Source: Podarcis filfolensis
Taxonomy: Eukaryota
DNA length: 64,000 nt
NCBI GenBank assembly: GCA_964270895.1
Contig: OZ185435.1
Reading direction: 5' to 3' (one strand)
The notes beneath the pieces are model-generated. The model made no database searches and had not been told where the DNA came from. It saw nothing but the letters and a program-made list of their open reading frames with translations. Within the stretch, counting starts at the first letter, position 1; every line of letters starts with the position of its first letter. Shown in pieces: positions 59,977-64,000 of this stretch. A program made the translations under genes and the position numbers.

Positions 59977-60970
59977 TGAGCATTTGGAAAAGCTAGACTC
60001 AACTCCAGAATCCTTCCAGAGGCCCAGAATGGCAAGGTGGTTCAAGTGTTGGACTAGGACCTGAAAGAGAGAGAGCATGGTTCGAATCAGCTTGGAAGCT
60101 CGAGGTCGTCCTGTAGGCCAGTCAGCAGCTCTCAGCCTAATTCTCACAGGGTTGTGGCAAGGATATAATAGGGAAGGGGAGAAGCATGTATGAGCTCTGT
60201 TGCTGAAAGGTGGGATATAAATGTAATATTAAATAAACATCAAACCCTATAACATTGATGTCTTATTCTGCTGTACAGGCAACAGAGAATGCAAGAAAAG
60301 GGAAAGGAAGCTCACCTGTTTGTCCATATCTTCTCTTTGATATTTGTTCATTAGCCTCCTTATGGCAATGGTTCTTCTGTTGCATGTTGTACTCTTGGTC
60401 TGTGAGTTCCTATTTTGCATGGATGAAGTCATGTCCTGGACATGGGAGGAACTTCATCCTCAGAAGGGACATTGAATCTGCTGGCAGTGCTTTTGATTGT
60501 GGCGGGTGGGTGGGTTAACCCTTTCCTGCCTGGTCTTCTGTCCTGTGACCAAAAGTCCATGCATTAAGCACCCTTCGTGACATGCCTTTGATTAAGTGCC
60601 TTTGATGCTACATAATATAATGTCCTGAGAATCGTACACTTTATGACTTCTGGGCCCACAAACCAAAAGGCTGTACTTCCACTTGAGAAGCTTTAGCACA
60701 GGCATAGGCAAACTCGGCCCTCCAGATGTTTTGGGACTACAACTCCCATCATCCCTGACCACTGGTCCTGTTAGTTAGGCATGATGGGAGTTATAGATTT
60801 GAAGATACTGCTTTTATCGCCTAACTGGAAAATTTAACTAACTGGAAAATTTACTGTTGATCTAAGCAACCTACAAACGAGGAGGAAGCTTAATTCTAAA
60901 ATTCCAGATATGTTTTTGTAGTTGACCGCCATAGCAATTGCTCATCTTAATGCCTTTTCTCCTCCTTCAG

Positions 60971-61138
60971 GTCAGGTATGATGATGAGGTGAAGCGAGTG
61001 GTGGCAGAGCCTGTGGAGCTGTCTCAGGAGTTCCGCAAATTTGATCTGAACAGTCCCTGGGAGACTTTCCCTGCCTATCGCGAGGCTCCGCAAACCATCA
61101 AGATAGAGGCGGGAGAGAAGAAAGGAGATGAGAAATAG
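60971..61138 (+). CDS. NDUFS3: NDUFS3 exon 7 ([38 protein letters not shown]...DEK*)
   Basis: ORF 60938-61138. cctccttcag| acceptor, TAG stop. Confidence 0.97.
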   Translation, partial: VRYDDEVKRVVAEPVELSQEFRKFDLNSPWETFPAYREAPQTIKIEAGEKKGDEK

Positions 61139-61214
61139 CAGCAGGAAGGAAGGAGAGGAAGCCAGAGACATCCCTGTGTCACCATCTTCCTGTTTGATCT
61201 AAGTATTTATATAT

Positions 61215-61230
61215 ATTAAATATCAATAAA
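61215..61230 (+). terminator. NDUFS3 polyadenylation signals (ATTAAA 61215-61220, AATAAA 61225-61230)
   Basis: Hexamers about 80-90 nt after the stop codon. Confidence 0.7.
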
Positions 61231-64000
61231 AAAAACTTGACATAAGGTTTTTTGTCTGTCTGATATGTATGGGAAATGCAGCTTTCAGACTGGCTATGAA
61301 ACATGCATAAGGTGTTATTAATATCCAGAAGATTGGAGCAGGGTTCAAGGTATACAAAGGAGCAGCAGGGAGGAGTACAAAGAACTGGGGAGGTCATGTT
61401 TTTTGTTTTTTGTTTTAAAAAGAGCACTAACTATGTGAACAGTAGACTCTTCTTCCCTGGAAAGAAACAAAAACCTCAAGAAAGAAGGAGATATTCCATG
61501 CTTTATGACCATCAACTGTTTGCAAGCACAGACCCTCAGTTGCCAAGAGACACTGCAGGCACCAAAGTTCCAGCCTTGCTTTTTCACTTTTGGTAAAAGG
61601 CTCCATCCTAGAATTATTGAGTACTCTGCGTAGCTGGAAAACTGATATTTTTTTGTTGAAACAAGCAAAACGGGTCTCATCCAACTGCTAGTGCAGCAGA
61701 CTTCCACGTGCACAATGGAACTTCCCTTCCTCTCCCCTGTGCCCCCCACCCACCCTCAAAATATCAAGAAAGACCCTCAAGCCGATTTTGAGGCTATGGG
61801 GGAGCAGAGAGTAAGGAGAAGTCCCATGGAACTCTTCACACAAAGTCTGTTGGATTGTTAGGCCTATTTGTGTGTCTTCAAACAAACTGTGGTCACGCAG
61901 CTGCTGTGGGAGGACACTGGCAGCAGTTTCTGTGGGTTATTGAGAAATTCTCTAGGCCATCAAGTTGCATACATTTTATTAATGTATATGCCAATTCACT
62001 TGTGACCCCCTCCCCATATGCTGCAGTAAATGTGACCGCAAGCATATGGCTTTGTTACTAAATAATGAATGTGGCCATAAAGGAGGCTGCTCCTTAAAAT
62101 GTGGAACAATATGAGTTGTGGTTTTCTGGTTGTCCCTCTACTGAGAATAAACATTAAGCACCAAAAATGAGCTAAACACTCCACAGAAGAAAGGCATAGA
62201 TCGTTGCAGGGCTTAGGACAGGAATGGGGAGGCTGTGGCCTTCTGGATGTTGTTGGACCCCCAGTTCTCACCAGACCCAGCCAACATGGCTAATAGTCAG
62301 GGATGATGGGAATTGCGGTCCAGAAACATCAGGAGGCCCACAGATTCCCCATCCTTGAGCATAGGCTGTAACATAGAAGGGGGGAGAATGAGCGGGTGGA
62401 GGGCTGCAAACAATAGATTTAATTTGACCTCAGATATATTATATGGAAGGTTTCCTTTCTTAAGGGTTTGAACCCAGAACAATGTTTGGAATCCAGATGT
62501 TTTAAGCTTTTGTTCTAGTTAAATTGCATTTGTTTTAAAAAAAGCTGCTGTTGCAGCAATATGGGGGATTTCTGAGAGACAACAGAAGTTGTGCCAAAGC
62601 TCACTGCAGAGATTTGAGCAGCTGGAGTTCAGCACATGTGGAGCTAATCAGCTGCAGAGTGCTTTCCACTTTGCATTGGAGGGAGTAGGGTGGGTGAATC
62701 TTCCCAAACATCTTCCCCTTTTCTAGATAATGGGGAGCATTTGCCATTTTCCTTAAAATGGATTTGTGCCTTTGCAACACTTTGCAGATTGTCAAGAATT
62801 ACTGGAGTGAACTTAAATGACAAGTCCAGGGCCATTTTTGATGTTTCAGCGATCCTTTGTCAACAAGACATGTTCTAGAGGTTGCTCACATGCACCTCTA
62901 AGTAGTACCCAATTTGGTAAAATTTCCAGAAAACTGGCATAGATGCAATGAATCGAACTCCATGGATTATGTGTGCTTAGACCTGTTTTGGATTCTTTAT
63001 GGAAAGAAGGGTAGAGTTAAGATACTGTGGCACTTTTATTGTCTCTCTCCCTAATGTGAGGAAGAAGAGATTCAGCCTGTGGAGGCCCCAAACCTGAAAA
63101 TGATACAGTAGCTGGGAAAGATGGAAATGAAGAGGATTGTGGGCCACAATAGTGTTTTGACTGCTGGTGTTTTTACAGGTCTGAAATACACACAACGTCA
63201 AGGCCCTCTAGATATTGGTGTGTCAATATGGGATTTGGGTTGTATTTCAACACTGCACAAGTGGATTACCATTTGCACACTGGCACTACCCTCCCTCTCC
63301 TTCCTCTGAATGCTGCCCTATCTGCTGCCCTCTGGGATACATGTTGAGGGTGCATGAGGGGGCTGCATGGGAGAGGAAGGGGGAATTCCATTGCACATGC
63401 AAACGTCTGTTGTGCAAACTGAACCACAGCATTGGGTCAAACCTGATAAGCTTTTGATATTGGTACAAGGGGGGAAAACTGGGTAAGTGCAGAAAGTTTC
63501 TTACCAGTCCCCCACTCCATGAAATTATTTAAATATATAGAATCCAGCAACCCTTTTAAAACATTGGGATGGTGCTAAAAGAGAGAGATTCTATAGCAAG
63601 AGATGGGAAACCTGAGGCCCTCTGGTTGTTGGCTCCAGCTCCCATCAGCCCCAGCCCACACAGCCAATGATCAGGGATGATGGGATATGTAGTCCCAACA
63701 ACAATTGGAGTGACATAGTAGATTTGCAGGATTATAGGTCATAAATCCTGTTTTTCCTGGAATCCAGGGGTGGGGGTGGGGAAGTTCTGTGGAAAATTCC
63801 TATGAATGGCTGAAACGGATGATAATGCCAAACTTATTAAAACTGGTCCTCCCATGTGGAGATAGCTGGCTGATGGAGACGGTTGGGTGTGTGTTGGTTT
63901 CTGACAGGTCACTGTACTCCTCTTTCTCCTCCAAGAGCAACGGAGTTGAAGAAATGACCTTTCTTTCCTCTCTACTGAATACTTTCTGGCATAGATTTGT

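Noticed and set aside
61300-64000. Expected next syntenic gene (FAM180B-like) downstream of NDUFS3
   Set aside because: I could not identify a convincing exon by eye; the region looks intergenic with MITE relics.

Overview
Vertebrate nuclear DNA from a squamate reptile, most likely a lacertid lizard (Squam3-type SINE, Sauria SINE, BovB, CR1, L2 and L1 relics). The window holds four intact spliced genes in the order I recall from human 11p11.2. CELF1 is on the minus strand with 13 coding exons (26449 to 6718, about 515 aa), 5'UTR exons up to about 38385 and a spliced, long 3'UTR. PTPMT1 is on the plus strand (4 exons, 38602/38653-42723). KBTBD4 is on the minus strand (4 exons, 53390 to 43642, 542 aa). 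NDUFS3 is on the plus strand (7 exons, 53704-61138, 255 aa). CELF1/PTPMT1 and KBTBD4/NDUFS3 each share a CpG-island bidirectional promoter, and PTPMT1/KBTBD4 converge tail to tail. All exon boundaries were read by hand from GT-AG sites and frame continuity. The most notable non-gene observations are: (i) a 1.15-kb TSD-flanked, poly(A)-tailed, apparently non-coding retroposon in NDUFS3 intron 1 whose head carries a consensus CTCF motif next to an L1-like YY1 motif; (ii) two young Penelope-like insertions with minimal hammerhead-ribozyme motifs, one forming an 81-bp perfect palindrome in KBTBD4 intron 2; (iii) a chimeric, order-permuted copy of CELF1 intronic sequence; (iv) an atypical Phe in the PTPMT1 catalytic loop. 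There is no evidence of a prokaryote-type system, CRISPR array, rRNA or tRNA gene. Family names and orthologue comparisons come from recall, not database searches.
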